This document shows positions 12,605 through 25,242 of a stretch of 64,000 bases of DNA, one piece after another. The stretch comes from Daphnia carinata (Eukaryota). The stretch is taken from contig NC_081334.1 of assembly GCF_022539665.2 (NCBI RefSeq), positions 372,001 to 436,000 of the forward strand. Reading direction: 5' to 3'. The notes beneath the pieces were generated by a model. That model saw nothing but the letters and a program-made list of their open reading frames with translations, made no database searches and was not told the DNA's origin. Each line of letters begins with the position of its first letter. The first letter of the stretch is position 1. The position numbers were made by a program, and so were the translations under genes.

Positions 12605-15600
12605 ATGGCCCCCGCTATTCTACTCTATTGTTCGTATTTGTATTTTTTTTGTTTTAGATTTCCGAGATAAGTCGCGTCCTTGGTTTGATTGTTGACCTGG
12701 CACGCAACCGTGAGAAATTGTCATTCGGGGTTTCGATGAAAGTGTTGCACATGTGTTCGAGAATCACATCATCTGGGTTTGGCGCAGTTGAACTCGGCGG
12801 TTCTAATGTAGCTCACTATGCGACGATTTTCTAGTTCGATATTGTCTATAACGTCACTTCGTTCCACTATATTCTGGCCTGAGTCGTTTTCACTACCCGA
12901 TTGTACTTCTACACGAGTTTGAGTAGCGACGTGTTTCCGAAAACGGTCATTTGGTTCGACCGAAGACTCGATATCTGGCATGGGCTCGTCCACCCATAAC
13001 ATAGTCTCGTAAAGAGGTTTAAGCTGGTTTCTGTGCACAAGTTTGCAGTTATACGAATTGTCTGCTATGTCCACTGTGCGATTCGAGTATACTTTAACGA
13101 CGCGATAAGGGCCTCGAAATTTCGATGTAAACTTCCTGTTGTCTCCCTTTTGCACAACCCGGACATCTAACAAGACTCTAGCTCCTGGTTTGTAATTAAA
13201 TATTTTGGCCCTTTTGTTGTATTGTTCTTTTTGGCGTTCCCTGGCTTTCTCATTTTCTTCCCGTGCCCGGTGGAAATTATATCGTAGTCTTTCTAGCAGG
13301 GTGTCGACGTAGCCACCAGATGAAGGTATGGCTTCGGGAATTGCTCCCAGAATTGTGTTTATAGGCATGTTACAGTCCCGGCCGTGCATCATGTAGTAAG
13401 GTGACTCGTTGGTGGAGGAATGAACGAATGCGCTGTACGCGAAACAGATTTCTCCCAATACATCTTCCCAATTATGATGTTGCCCGTCTACGAATTCTTT
13501 TCTTAGCATAGTTGTGAGGGTCCGGTTGAATCTTTCCGTTTCCCCATTGCTTGCTAGGTTATATGCCGTGGTGAATCTTTGTTCGATGTTGAGTGTTTTG
13601 CAAAAGTATTAAAATAGACCGGAGGTAAAATTTGGTCCTCAACATTTTTATACACGCATTCGGCCGTGGTGTGGGCAGTTTGGTCTGGTAGGGCAACGGC
13701 GATGACGTACTTAGTGAAGTAATCGGTGATGACATAAATACAGTTATTTCCATTGGGGAATATTGGTTGGATCGGGCCTAAAAATTTATTCCTATATTCT
13801 GGAATGGAAATTTGGCTAGTTCGTGGCGGAAAAGGAAAGCTCTCAGTGTAGTTAGTGTTTGCAATGCAAATTTCGCAAGCAGAGCAATATTCTTTTATGT
13901 CTTTTCTCATTGTGGGCCAGTAGTAATTATTTTTAACTTTTAGATAGGTTCTAAGGAAAACGAGGTGGCCTGAAATAGGTTCGTCGGGCATTTGTTTTAA
14001 TACTGCCCGTTGTAACGTAAGAGGCAGGATAACTTGTTTCTATCCTGTAAAGTACACCATTTGTAACTTGGTAAAAACTAATTTCTTTTGCCCAGTTTGG
14101 CATATTCTTTCCGTCCTCGTCGGAAAGGAATCCGTCGTCTAGATATTTCCTTATTGCTTGGCATAATGGGTCCATGGTTTGGCTAGCTACTATATCTATT
14201 TCTGCGTTATCCACATGAATATGAGCGACACGAAGGCGTGACAGACAATCAGCGTTTTGGTGCACCCGTCCTGGCCGATACTTAACTTTATAATTGGTAC
14301 CGGCTAATAAGATAGCCCAACGGCCTAATCTGCTGTTGTTGTCTTTCTGTTCCTCCAACCACTGAAGCGGACGGTGATCGCTAATAACGGTAAGTGGTTT
14401 ATCCAATAAATAGTGCTGGAAGTGTTTAATAGAGAATACTACACCTAATGCTTCTTTTCTACAGTGGCGTATTTTTGTTTGGCCGGTTTTAATTGTCGAC
14501 TCGCGTACGCTATAGGTTTTTCTACACCGTGCTGTATCAGTGAAAGAACAGAGCCGATTTCGTAATCGCAGGCATCGGTGAATAATAAAAATTCGAGGCC
14601 GAAGTTAGGGTATGCTAATAGTGGGGGAGTGATTAAATATGTACGCAGTTTTTCGAAAGCTAATTGGACGTCATCAGTCCAAACGAAGGGTTTGTTTAAT
14701 GCATTTTTATGGGTTTTTGCGATCAATGGTTGGGCAATAGCTCCGAAATTTTCGATAAAGCGTCGTTTATACCCAGCTAATCCTAAAAAGGATCGTACTT
14801 CTTCTGCTGACGTTGGGATTTTATAATTAGCTATTTTGTCTATTTTGTCTGGGTCCGGGCCGATGCCGTCGGTGGAAATAATATGCCCCAGATAATTTAC
14901 TGATTGTTTCATGAATTGACATTTCTTTAGTTTTAATTTTAATCCTGCGTTTTTAATTAAAGAGAAGACTTCCCGAATGTCACTCAGATGGCTTTCGAAG
15001 GAGTCGGAAAAAATAATTACGTCATCTAAATACACTAGGGCTTTCTGTCCTGCAACAACTCTTAATATATGGTTCATTAATCGCTGAAAGGTAGCCGGCG
15101 CATTACATAATCCAAAAGGTATTCTAATAAATTCGTATAGGCTATTTTCTACGATAAAGGCAGTTTTTTCTTTAGATAATTCTTCTAGTTCGATATGCTG
15201 ATAGCATAAGGCCAGATCCAAGGTTGTAAAGAATTTCTTTCCGTACAGCCTATCTAGAGTGCTATCAATTCTTGGGAGTGGGTAAGAATATTTTTTTGTT
15301 AGGGTATTTAGTTTTCCTATAGTCGATACAAAAACGCATTTCCCCTGTTTTCTTAACTACTGAGATTACCAGTGCTGCCCATGGGGATGTTGAATGTCTT
15401 ATTACGTTCGCTTGCAACATTTCTTTTATTTGTTTCTCTAATTCTTCCTTTTGGCCCTGGCCTGTACGGTAGGGTCGAAGTCGAATATATACCTTTCCCC
15501 TCTGTATCAATGAAGTGTTTAATCAACCCTGTACTCCCTAATCCGGATTCTTTTGTCGCAAATAGTTCAGTAAATTCATTAAGAAGTGCCGCTTAAGGTT

Positions 15601-18480
15601 TTTTATATTGGGGGTCGATATCCGGTTCTGCTACGTGTTCCTCGTCAGGGGGATTCGCCTGAGAAGCAGACTCTTGACCTGATGATACTTTGCCTATCAG
15701 TTGACAAGAAAATTCTACCTCTCCTAGGGAACTATCCCTCGGCAGAGTATGTGCCCTATTGGATTTATTTTCCACAACGATCTGATATCTTCCGTTTCTG
15801 TTACTAGCATTTACAAAATCACCTATAAATATTCCCTCAGGTAAATCCATGCTCTGGGAAAATAAAAAGAGAGAACTGGTGTCCATATTATTGCCAGTCT
15901 CCTGAAATGTGGCCTCCACGACTTGAGAAGATCTGGGGGCAATTAAGACCCTTTTAACTAAAGTCGTGGTTGTTTTAAATATTGGCTCTTGGCTCTTCGG
16001 TAATAAGCCCTCTTGTTTTACTTCTAGATTACTTTCCGGTCTGCCACGGGAAAGGAATATTGTTTTAGAGCGGCCATCAAAAATAGACTCGTGTTTGTCT
16101 GCGGCGTCCAAACCCAATATACATGCTTCAGAAATACCATCCGTGACAATAACTTCTTGGTCTAGTATATTGGCGCCGTAAACAACAGGTAGGGAGACTA
16201 TCCCTAATGTGAACAATTTCTTGTTGTGCACATCGTATAATTCTACGTCAGACTGAGAGCAGCTTAGTTGATGTTCCGACGTTATTTGATTAAAAATATC
16301 TATATTTAATAGGCTCCTGGCCGCACCAGTATCGAATAATGCTTTAAACGGAGTATTGTGAATCTTCACAGAAAGTCGTGGGGCTGCTGATTTACTGAAT
16401 GGCGTAATTTTTGCGACTGATGGTAATGGTTCGGGGCTTACTGACCTATTCTCTGTCGACCCTATTCTACGGCCGGCCCTTATTCGTTTCCCAGATTCGT
16501 AGCATCATTAATTTCATTGGACCTTATTAAGTTTTTCTTATTGGGACAAAATTTTGCTATATGCCCTAACTGTTGGCAAACGTAACAGGTAGGTGGTGTT
16601 CCTGGTGTTGTCTGCCGCTTTAGGAATCGGAAGCAAGATTCAATGCTATGGTTTGTGAGTCCGCAGTTGGAACACCCTACGGCGTTTTGCGCCGACCTGT
16701 TTTGCTGGGAAGGTTCCTGACCTGGGGTGCTTTCGTTGCTTTTACCGAAGGTATTTGTGAAAGGCTGACGAAACCCATTCATTTGGCCTTGGCGAGTGAA
16801 AGTTTTACTTGGGGCGGGGTCTGAGAAGTTGACTTGTTTAGGGTGGTAATTGGGGTTGTTTCTTATTGGGTAACGGTTTCCATTCTCTTGTCGGAAGTTT
16901 GTACGCATGAAGTTGCCTAGATTCGTAATGACATCCGTTAGGTGGTCGATTTTGCTGTCCAATTCAGGCGATATGTTTGTTTCTTGTCGAATAGGTTTCG
17001 TGGTGGCTATTTTCAGGCAAGAGGCGATTGAGTTGATATGGTCACTTTGTTTTTCGATTGCGTTTAATATTGCTGTCATTTGGGGTATTCGTCACTGCGT
17101 TAACAAATATTCGTTTGTCCTTTTCTATTATATCCGACTGGACTCGCTTTGCGTACTTCTGTGTGATGGACACCAGCTCTTCGAAACTGGACACCATTTC
17201 ATGTCTTGCGATGTTTTGTAGTTCCGCTTCGAGTCCTTGCAGGAATTTTTGCCTAAGTAATCTTAGTTGCGTTGTTTGTTGTTCGGGCGTTTCTTGGTAA
17301 TTGGAGGGATAAGCGCGTTTATAGAGAGTTTTTAGTCTATAGGCGTAATTTAAGATATTCTCTTTCGGTTTTCGTGGTATTTCGTCGAACTGGCTTTGGT
17401 AAAAATCGATGTCTTCGGAACCGTGATAATTTTCTTGGAAGAGTTTTTTTATGTCTTCGTACTCATAAGTATCGCTGGATTCCAAGATATTTTGTAATAA
17501 GTCATAAGCTTCGCCTGACATTTTAGTTGACAGCATGCTAATTATTTCGGAATTGTCCCAGTTGGACATATCGACGACGTTGTCGAAAAGTTTAATCCAA
17601 CGATCGAAGCGGACGGCGGGACTCCCCGAAAAATTTTGGAGTTGATTCAGCATGGTAATAGCTTCCCTGCCTTTTCGTTGTTCGGTTTTACGGTAGGTAT
17701 TGGGCGGCGATGCCATTTCTTGATTGTTCTCGGTATTGAAATTATAGGTCTCTTTTCCCTTGAATGAATGCTCTTTGTGTTTGATCGATTGGGGGGGGGG
17801 GGGGTTGAGCGATCGCCGTGCAGCCGTGAACTTTGGCCTTCAATAACGGCGAGAGAACTGTAACGCGGCTGAGGTCTAACAGTGGTTTGATCAATTGGCT
17901 TATTCTGTTACAGAATAGCGTGATTGCTATCTGATGCTTTGCGTTCACAATCGTTGCAAGGTTTTCGAGTGGCTGTATAAGAGAGTGAATTCCCTGGCGT
18001 GTCGCGTGCCTGGGTTTTGCTTGCTTCCGGAGCACTTCTATGAATGCTTGTGCTGTTTGCACGAAATGATCCGATGTTTTGTTGAAGTGAAGGGTTGACT
18101 TGATTTCGTTTAAGGCAGTGGTCACAAGTGCAGACAAAAGGACTGTCAGATCGCTCGCTTCCTGTATTGCGGTTTGTTGGACTTCCGTAAGTTTCGTCTC
18201 CCCCCCCGAGTTCGATTAGTTTGCTTAATAGGTCGAAAAAGTGAGGTGGAAGTGGAAAATGGGAATGTTGATCGCAGGTCTCTGGGTGTGCACGCCGAAT
18301 GGTCTGTCGTAGGGAGTGAATTTGTTGTTCGGACGGTTTTTTCTCTAGTGTCGTTGTTATATAGCTGATTATTACACTGGCCTGCGGGTATGCCGGGCGT
18401 ATACGTTGTAATTCCTGCCGAAGTACAGTACCCACCCAAATTATTATACACTCGGTCATTTTTTGGCCCTTTTAACATGG
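12605..18480 (-). mobile_element. Ty3/Gypsy retrotransposon internal region (gag-PR-RT-RH-IN) with multiple frameshifts
   Basis: Gag capsid 17042-17716. Two CCHC knuckles in 16480-17079. Protease LFDTGA in 15593-16369. RT PFGLCNAPATFQ and YLDD in 14445-15221. RNase H DHRPL...NADCLSRL. Integrase zinc finger, core and GPY (FRGPY) in 12769-13991. Purine tract at about 12608-12620. Confidence 0.92.
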
Positions 18481-19739
18481 CGTCTTATGGCGCTACGTCC
18501 CCCTAGTTTTTATTTATTTGTGGATTACCCCTTATAGTTATGTTTAAGAAAAAAAATCTGCGTACTCGTAGATTAATTTTCTATTCAGCGATATGCAGCG
18601 CATAGTTGTACACAAAAACCCTGAACGTTATATGTGCGTTCATGTGTATAAAATTTCCCCGTTTTTCCGTTTCGCGCCGCCATTGCCTTACATAGGGCTT
18701 TTCCCAAATTAGGCCTCTTTTTATTTTGCGTGTATCTTTTAACTAGAAGCCGCAAGAGCTTCTAGCTTGTTTCCCGAATTTATAAAAGGCTTTTCTTTAT
18801 AAAGATACAAAAAAATATTTTTATTGTCTAAATACATCCCGTTATATTCGCTGTTTTGTACTGGCTAAATTTTTTCCTGCAAAATCAAAGAAGACAAAAC
18901 AAGGAGTGTTGACTCGAGTGCAACGAGTGCAGAAAGACGTCTGCAACTTGGATGACAGACAAAAGTGTGTTGCAGGCGCCTCTTGTGGTACAGAAAACAA
19001 ACTCGACTTAATGTCATTACGCTGCTCGTGAATGTAATTGCTGTGCAGTTATAAAATGGAATGAAGTACCTTTTTTGATCTACCGCAAAATTTCACGGTC
19101 CCTTACAATAAATAGCACAATTTAATAAACGAGCCATCAATGATGATGATCACGCTTTTCACGGATTCGCGTGAAAAAGTTCAAACAATGCCACTATAGC
19201 GTGGCAGGATTAAAGATAATCAGATAACAGATGACGTCGTATGCCGGGTTAGTCCACCGTACATTCAGGAATAGCCTTCTGCGGTACAATTGGTGGGAAA
19301 TTGAGAAAGAAAAATATGTGGCCTATAGTAAACAGAGAAAGAGGTCATTCAGCTTTTTAAAAAATGGTAGACATGATGCCACTGAGCATCATATCCGTTG
19401 GCATTAGCCAGACTGGCGACAGAAGCTCACGGACGCACGACCCCACCCTTTCTCTTTTCTTTTCTGCTGATGCCGAAGCGCTCAGGGTCGGTGGAAATCA
19501 CCAAATTGGAATGAAAATAAAAATCTCAAGGCCCATCCTGCTCGCTGCGATTTCAATCATTCTAGTCAGCAATGTTCTTTTGTTAGCTACCTATTAGGCA
19601 CATGTTTTTTTTTGGTCCAATAGAATATGCCACATATTTGCCAAATGCGGTGCAACCTTCGCAAAGGGATCCGGCTATGTTTGCTAGTTATGTTGTCACT
19701 CTACTGTGAAACAATTGTAATATAATTATAAAGTTACAT

Positions 19740-20505
19740 TATACGGACCTTTAACTTGGACGGAGTAGCTAGTTGTCCGTGGAGGGTGAGACTGGACGCT
19801 GCACGAGTAGTTTCCCTCATCATCCTCCGCAACACGTTCTATGCTAAAAGAAGAGAAATAACGTTACACGAGCGTGACAGTGTGCACACAGGTTATTAAA
19901 CGTAAGTATGTTACTCGTGCAATACGGTCGAATGATATTTGCTTAGGTATAAAAAGGTACGGAAAATTACTCACTGGAGAGAGAAGTCACTCTGGATAAT
20001 AAGACAAGATTGAAGGGCAGTCGAAGAACGGTCAGGCAGCAGAACACCATTTTTACTTCAAGTGAAATACTCTAATATATCTGGAAAATGAAACAGGGAT
20101 TGAATAAACCGTAGTAATTCAAAAGTATTTGTAAATAACGAAAATGATCGAAAATCACATTCAGCATCTGGTAGACTGCAAGGCAATTTCAAATTCGTTC
20201 CGACTAGAACTACCCTTCTGTAGGTGTCGTCGACGTCATTCTCTGATAGCTAGTAGGAACTTCTTGTTTCAAGTGTTGATTTTCGCGACTGAAATCGGCC
20301 ACTTTGCCATCAGTGCCACACAGCTCTGCTTTCACATTCGCTCTAAATATCTCTGATAGCAGTGGTAAATAATCCTTTAAAGTATAAATTGTCGATCTCT
20401 GATATCTAAATATAAGAAAAATGTAATATTAACCAAAGTAAACTACAGTAAATGTAAACTTGCCTGATTCTGATGTCTCACTCGAGCAGACGTTTCTTTA
20501 CCATA
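19740..20505 (-). pseudogene. Possible degenerate multi-exon gene of unknown function
   Basis: Short exon-like blocks bounded by donor- and acceptor-like sites. A fragment reads ELCGTDGKVADFSRENQHLKQEV, with in-frame stops nearby. Confidence 0.25.
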
Positions 20506-20642
20506 AATCGCCAACTGAATTGAAATTTAGCATTAAGCATTAGTAACACAATGTTTGCCAGATTTTTTTGCTGTTTTTTAAATAATTCAAAATTATTATT
20601 TAAAACGGACTTTAAAAACTTACAGTAATGTTTAAACTATAT

Positions 20643-20909
20643 TGTTACGTTGGCAATATCCGATTCGCCACTACGGCGGTGACAACAGCTCTAGGACGGA
20701 AATCCCGCCCCAATTATGGCCGTCCATTGGAGCACCACCTTCGTCGCCGGATATAAAAGGGGCGACTTTGCACACCTGTGTGGCTTTTTGATTAATTGTT
20801 AGGGCAGTTAGTTGCAGTTGTGTCATTAAACCCTTTCGGTAAAATACACATTATCTTTTAATCTGAAGCACAACGTCTCTATCTTGGTTCAAGATCCATA
20901 TCCGTGACA
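20643..20909 (+). mobile_element. Solo LTR, 267 bp, with ATAT target-site duplication
   Basis: Termini TGTTACG...CGTGACA. ATAT at 20639-20642 and 20910-20913. Internal TATAAAA and a downstream ATTAAA. Confidence 0.85.
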
Positions 20910-21284
20910 ATATCCTTGTAAAAAAAAACTCCTTCAATAATCAAAGTTATTATATAAAAGGATTTTTTAGATGAAACCATTTCCCGGTGTTTAGGGAAAG
21001 ACAACTGGAATGATAAATAGTTCCGACTTTCCAATTTTCGCATGCTGATTCAGCATTTTTGCCAGTCATCGTTTAGCCTTCACGGAGCAGGTTATTGTTT
21101 GTGCTGTGTCTGTGGTGTGTCTGTGCTGCGTCTGTGCTGCGTCTAGAGTTTTCGTGTAACTAACTAAAAACTAAACTAACTAGTGAATTTCGCGTTTGTG
21201 ACTTTCTTCGTTAACAGCTAGTGCTTCTCTTACTTTGTGTGCTGTGCCGTTCCGGAATACTTTCAGTGCTTAGTGCTTCTCTCG

Positions 21285-21390
21285 ATCCTGTCCAGGGGCC
21301 CACTCTGTTCCTGTCCAGTGGCCCGCTCTGTTCCTGTCCAGCGGCCCCCTCTGTTGCTGCCCAGCGGACCGCTCTGTTCCTGCCCAGCTG
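21285..21390 (+). repeat. Minisatellite of about 22-bp units (CTCTGTTCCTGTCCAG-GGCC), 4-5 copies
   Basis: The units are directly visible, and ORF 21263-21460 repeats GQEQSGPL. Confidence 0.7.
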
Positions 21391-21993
21391 CGTAGTCTTC
21401 CCACTGAGGCCCCTTATTGTGGATAAAAATGGATTCGCAAACCGTAAGTCTATTTTTCATTTAACTAGTGCTGGGCCGATCCCAGACACAGTGTATCAGG
21501 CTCGGAACGGATAGGCAACGGTTCGAGTGCTGGCATTGTTACTATAAGTTTAAGGGCATTGAGACTTGTCACCTCAATGGGCACAGGTATCGGGATTCGT
21601 TTCACAGTGTCGTCGTGAAACCAATTGTCTGGCCATGGTCAGTGGACCTTCAGTTAGATGAATATCTTAGTAGGGACATAGGCCGACTAGGATTAGAAAT
21701 AATTGCTGTAGTTTTTAAATTATATATGGAAATTAGGTAAGCTACTTTTTCAAATGCAATGAATTGCCTTCTTTCTTCACACAACTTAATGCTTTTGTTC
21801 ATTCTTTTTATGGTTTTTCAACTGGACTTTACTTACGTCTTACTAATTAAATTTTTTCTTTTCTTTTTCTTCTTTGTCGATTTTGGCAGGGGGCTTTGCC
21901 TGGCAATTTTTTAAACTGTTTCCTCAGGCCGTTCTAATGCTTTAGTTCTTTCTTCATTTTTTTGTCCTCATTGTTTATTTAAATTCCCTTTTT

Positions 21994-22530
21994 TTCGCGA
22001 GTGCTGGTAAGGCACTTTTAACAACGACGTTTTTAACAGTTTTTTATGGCGCTTGAAAAGCTTTTCCGTTTTTTATCACTTTTTTGGCAAATGATTTTGC
22101 TTTTGAGTGATTATATTAATTTTTTTCCTTTTCTTTTCGTTTTCACATTTTTGAAACTTTTTTTCCAACGGCTTCATATCTTTGCCGCTTATTACTACTT
22201 TTTTTGCCAATTGATGTTTGCTCATGCAAGATCAATTAATCGTTTTTGGCCTTATTCATTACTTAAATTTCTTTTTTTGTCGCGAGTGCTGGTAAGGCGC
22301 TTTAACACCGAAGTTTTTAACAGTTTTTTATGGTGCTTGAAAAGCTTTTCCGTTTTTTATCACTCTTTTGGCAAATGATTTTGCTTTTGCGTGATTAGAA
22401 TAATTTTTTTTCTTTCCTTTTCTTTTCGTTTTCACATTTTTTAAACTTTTTTTCCGACGGCTTCATATCTTTGCCGTTTATTACTACTTTTTTGGCAATT
22501 GATCTTTGCTTATGCAAGATCAGTTAATCA
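21994..22530 (+). repeat. Tandem duplication with period of about 285 bp, T-rich
   Basis: TCGCGAGTGCTGGTAAGGC...ATGCAAGATCA(A/G)TTAATC occurs at about 21995-22241 and about 22280-22529. Confidence 0.85.
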
Positions 22531-22913
22531 TTTTCTTTTTTCTTGTTTTGCGGGTGTTCTCACGGTGCTTTACCAAGCGACTTTTCTACTTTTTCTTCAA
22601 TCCGCTTCAAATTGCTTTTCCCTTACAACTCTTTTTGGCAATTGATTTCCACTTAAGCGAAATTAATTTTTTTTCTTTCTCGTGGGTTTTGATTGTGGTA
22701 TTTTTTCAAACCATTCTTTAAACGGCTTCGTCAGGCCGCTTTAACGCTTTGTTTATTTCTTTTCTTTTTCCAATTGATTATTGTTTTTGTCTCCTTTGCC
22801 TTTTCACAGTTAGGCTTTTTGTTATTTTTAATACTTCCGTACATTATCGATGCTTTCCTTCAGTACTAAGCTTTTGTTAAAATTATTTTGATATAAAATC
22901 GTTTTATATTAAA

Positions 22914-25043
22914 ATGAATTCCCGTCATCGTCCGTATAGTGCTAGATAAAGAGGAAACGAGTACGCGAAGATCTGGAATACATCCGGGAACTTAATGATG
23001 ATGCAGATTTTGATGGTGCCTATTCAAGTAGTTCTTCTGATGTCGCTGACTTTAACGATAATAGCGGTGCTACAGAGGAAGCTGAAGATTTTGTCAGTTG
23101 CGTAGGGGATGAAAATTGAAATGTAAATGAAATTGGGAACGGTATAAATGCAATTTTTAGTGACGGTTCACCGTTATCGACGGACGCTGAAGACGGTTTC
23201 AGTGATGATGACATTGAGATTGTAGGTACATCTAGCGCTGACGAGGTGGAAGAAAGTAGTGAGGAAGAAGGGGTTTCCAACTTTCGCGAATTATTTGCTT
23301 TATGGGCAGTTACCTGGGGAATTAATCAAAATGCAGTTGATGCTCTTTTAGCAATTTTTCGTTTGTTTTCATGGGGCTCGAACTTTCCGAAATCTTGTCG
23401 AACATCGGTAAAGACACCTCGTAAGGTTCCGGTAAAAAATCTACCTCCAGGAAATTATTATCACTTTGGAATACAAAAAGGTATTGAAATGGTTCTACGT
23501 TGGTTAATGAAAGACACATTCCGGAAACAGTTGAAATTTTTGTAAATATAGATTGGCTTCCTATTTCAAAAAGTAGTGGGGATCAATTTTGGCCTATTCT
23601 GGGAATGATTAATAACGCAAAATGCAGGCTTGTTTTTTTTATTGGTCTTTACCATGGAAGTGCAAAGCCTCTTTTCTGTAATGACTATCTTGCTGATTAT
23701 GTTGCCGAAACAGGAACGCTTATGGAAAGTGGATTTTCATTAAAGGGCCGTCGTTATAGCTTTCGCGTATCATGTTTCATATGCGACACTCCTGCTCGTT
23801 CATATATATTAAATATTAAAGGTCACACGGCGTATTTTGGGTGTTCAAAGTGTATCCAACAGGGCGATTATGAAGGAAGGGTGGTTTTTTGGAAAATGAC
23901 TCGGATCTTCGAACTAATTATTCTTTTCGCAACCGCATCCACGAGGAGCATCACAATGGTTATTCAGTTTTAGAAAATATTGAGAATGACATGGTTTTTG
24001 ATTTCCCCAATGATCCGATGCATTTAATAGATTTAGGTGTAACTCGGGAATTGCTTCTGACTTGGATTCGTGGTCCATTGGAAAATAGGTTGTCTAGAAT
24101 TTTGCTTGAAGCCATTAGCTATCGATTAGAAATAACAAGAGAATTTATACCTAGGGAATTCGCTAGTAAAACCAGATCTTTAAAACTTATAGATAGATGG
24201 AAGGCCACGGAATTCGGACTTTTCAACAGTTATGTCGGCACTGTTGTCCTTGCTGGTATTTTGCCAATTCGATCCTTCAACAGCTTCCTTGTTTTCCATA
24301 TCGCCGTGCGTTTTCTTTCTTCAAACAGTTTGTGCGTTTTGCATAATGAATATGCTAGGCAACTTTTACATTTATTCGTTAATGAATGTAAAGAAGTTTA
24401 TGGGTCGTATTTTCTGTCTTTTAATGTTCACAATTTGCTACACATATGCGACGATGTGTTGCGCTTTGGATCATTACCAAATTTTTCGGCTTATCCGTTT
24501 GAAAATTATCTACAAAAATTTAAAAAACTTTTGCGTAAGTCTCATCAAGCTTTACAGCAAGTAGTAAAGCGCCTACTTGAAATTGTAAATGTAAATTCAA
24601 CCCCTCCGAAACTGGAATTCGATCTCCGTCACCGTTGTTTTCGAATACAACATGATAGCGGCCCTGTACCAGATAATTTTAAACTAACCGTAGAATACAA
24701 AAAAATGCGGCTAGGCCCCTGGTTTCTTAGCTGCAAGGCACCAGATAACTGTGTCTTTCTTAAAAATTTGTCTCTCGTCTTAATCGACAATATAATAAGA
24801 AACCAGGAAGGGGATTTTATTGTGGGAAGAAAATTTCGCCGTAAAATGGATCTCTTTTCTTATCCTTTAGCTTCTTCTTCATATAATATTTTTGTCGTCG
24901 GAGATCTATGCCCAAGGTCAAAAGCATGGCCTTTGAATCAAATCAAATTTAAAGCAGTAAGATTGCCGAATTTTAAAGGGAATGGGGTAGATATTGAAAA
25001 TTATTTTGCAGTTTTTCCACTTGCCATGGAAGAACATGCTTAA
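22914..25043 (+). pseudogene. CMC/EnSpm (CACTA-like) DDE transposase, frameshifted
   Basis: Motifs span three overlapping ORFs (23246, 23500, 23889): NID(W)LPISKS..QFWPILG, CDTPAR...KGHTAYFGCSKC, DPMHLIDLGV, WKATEF, NVHNLLH and SAYPFEN. Frameshifts at about 23505 and 23890. Confidence 0.9.
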
Positions 25044-25242
25044 TCTCGCTTCTTCAGCATGGCATCTTTCAGTTTCCACAATTTTTTTTTTCCTTTGTAC
25101 ATTTGCGAGATTTCCTTTTTACTTGATTAATTCTGAAGTTTGTATTCGATTACAAACGTATGTTCTAAATGTTACAAGAAGGTTTACATATGAATCGTAG
25201 TCTAGTTTTTTCCAGTCCAAATGCAAATGCTTGTTTTTGTAG

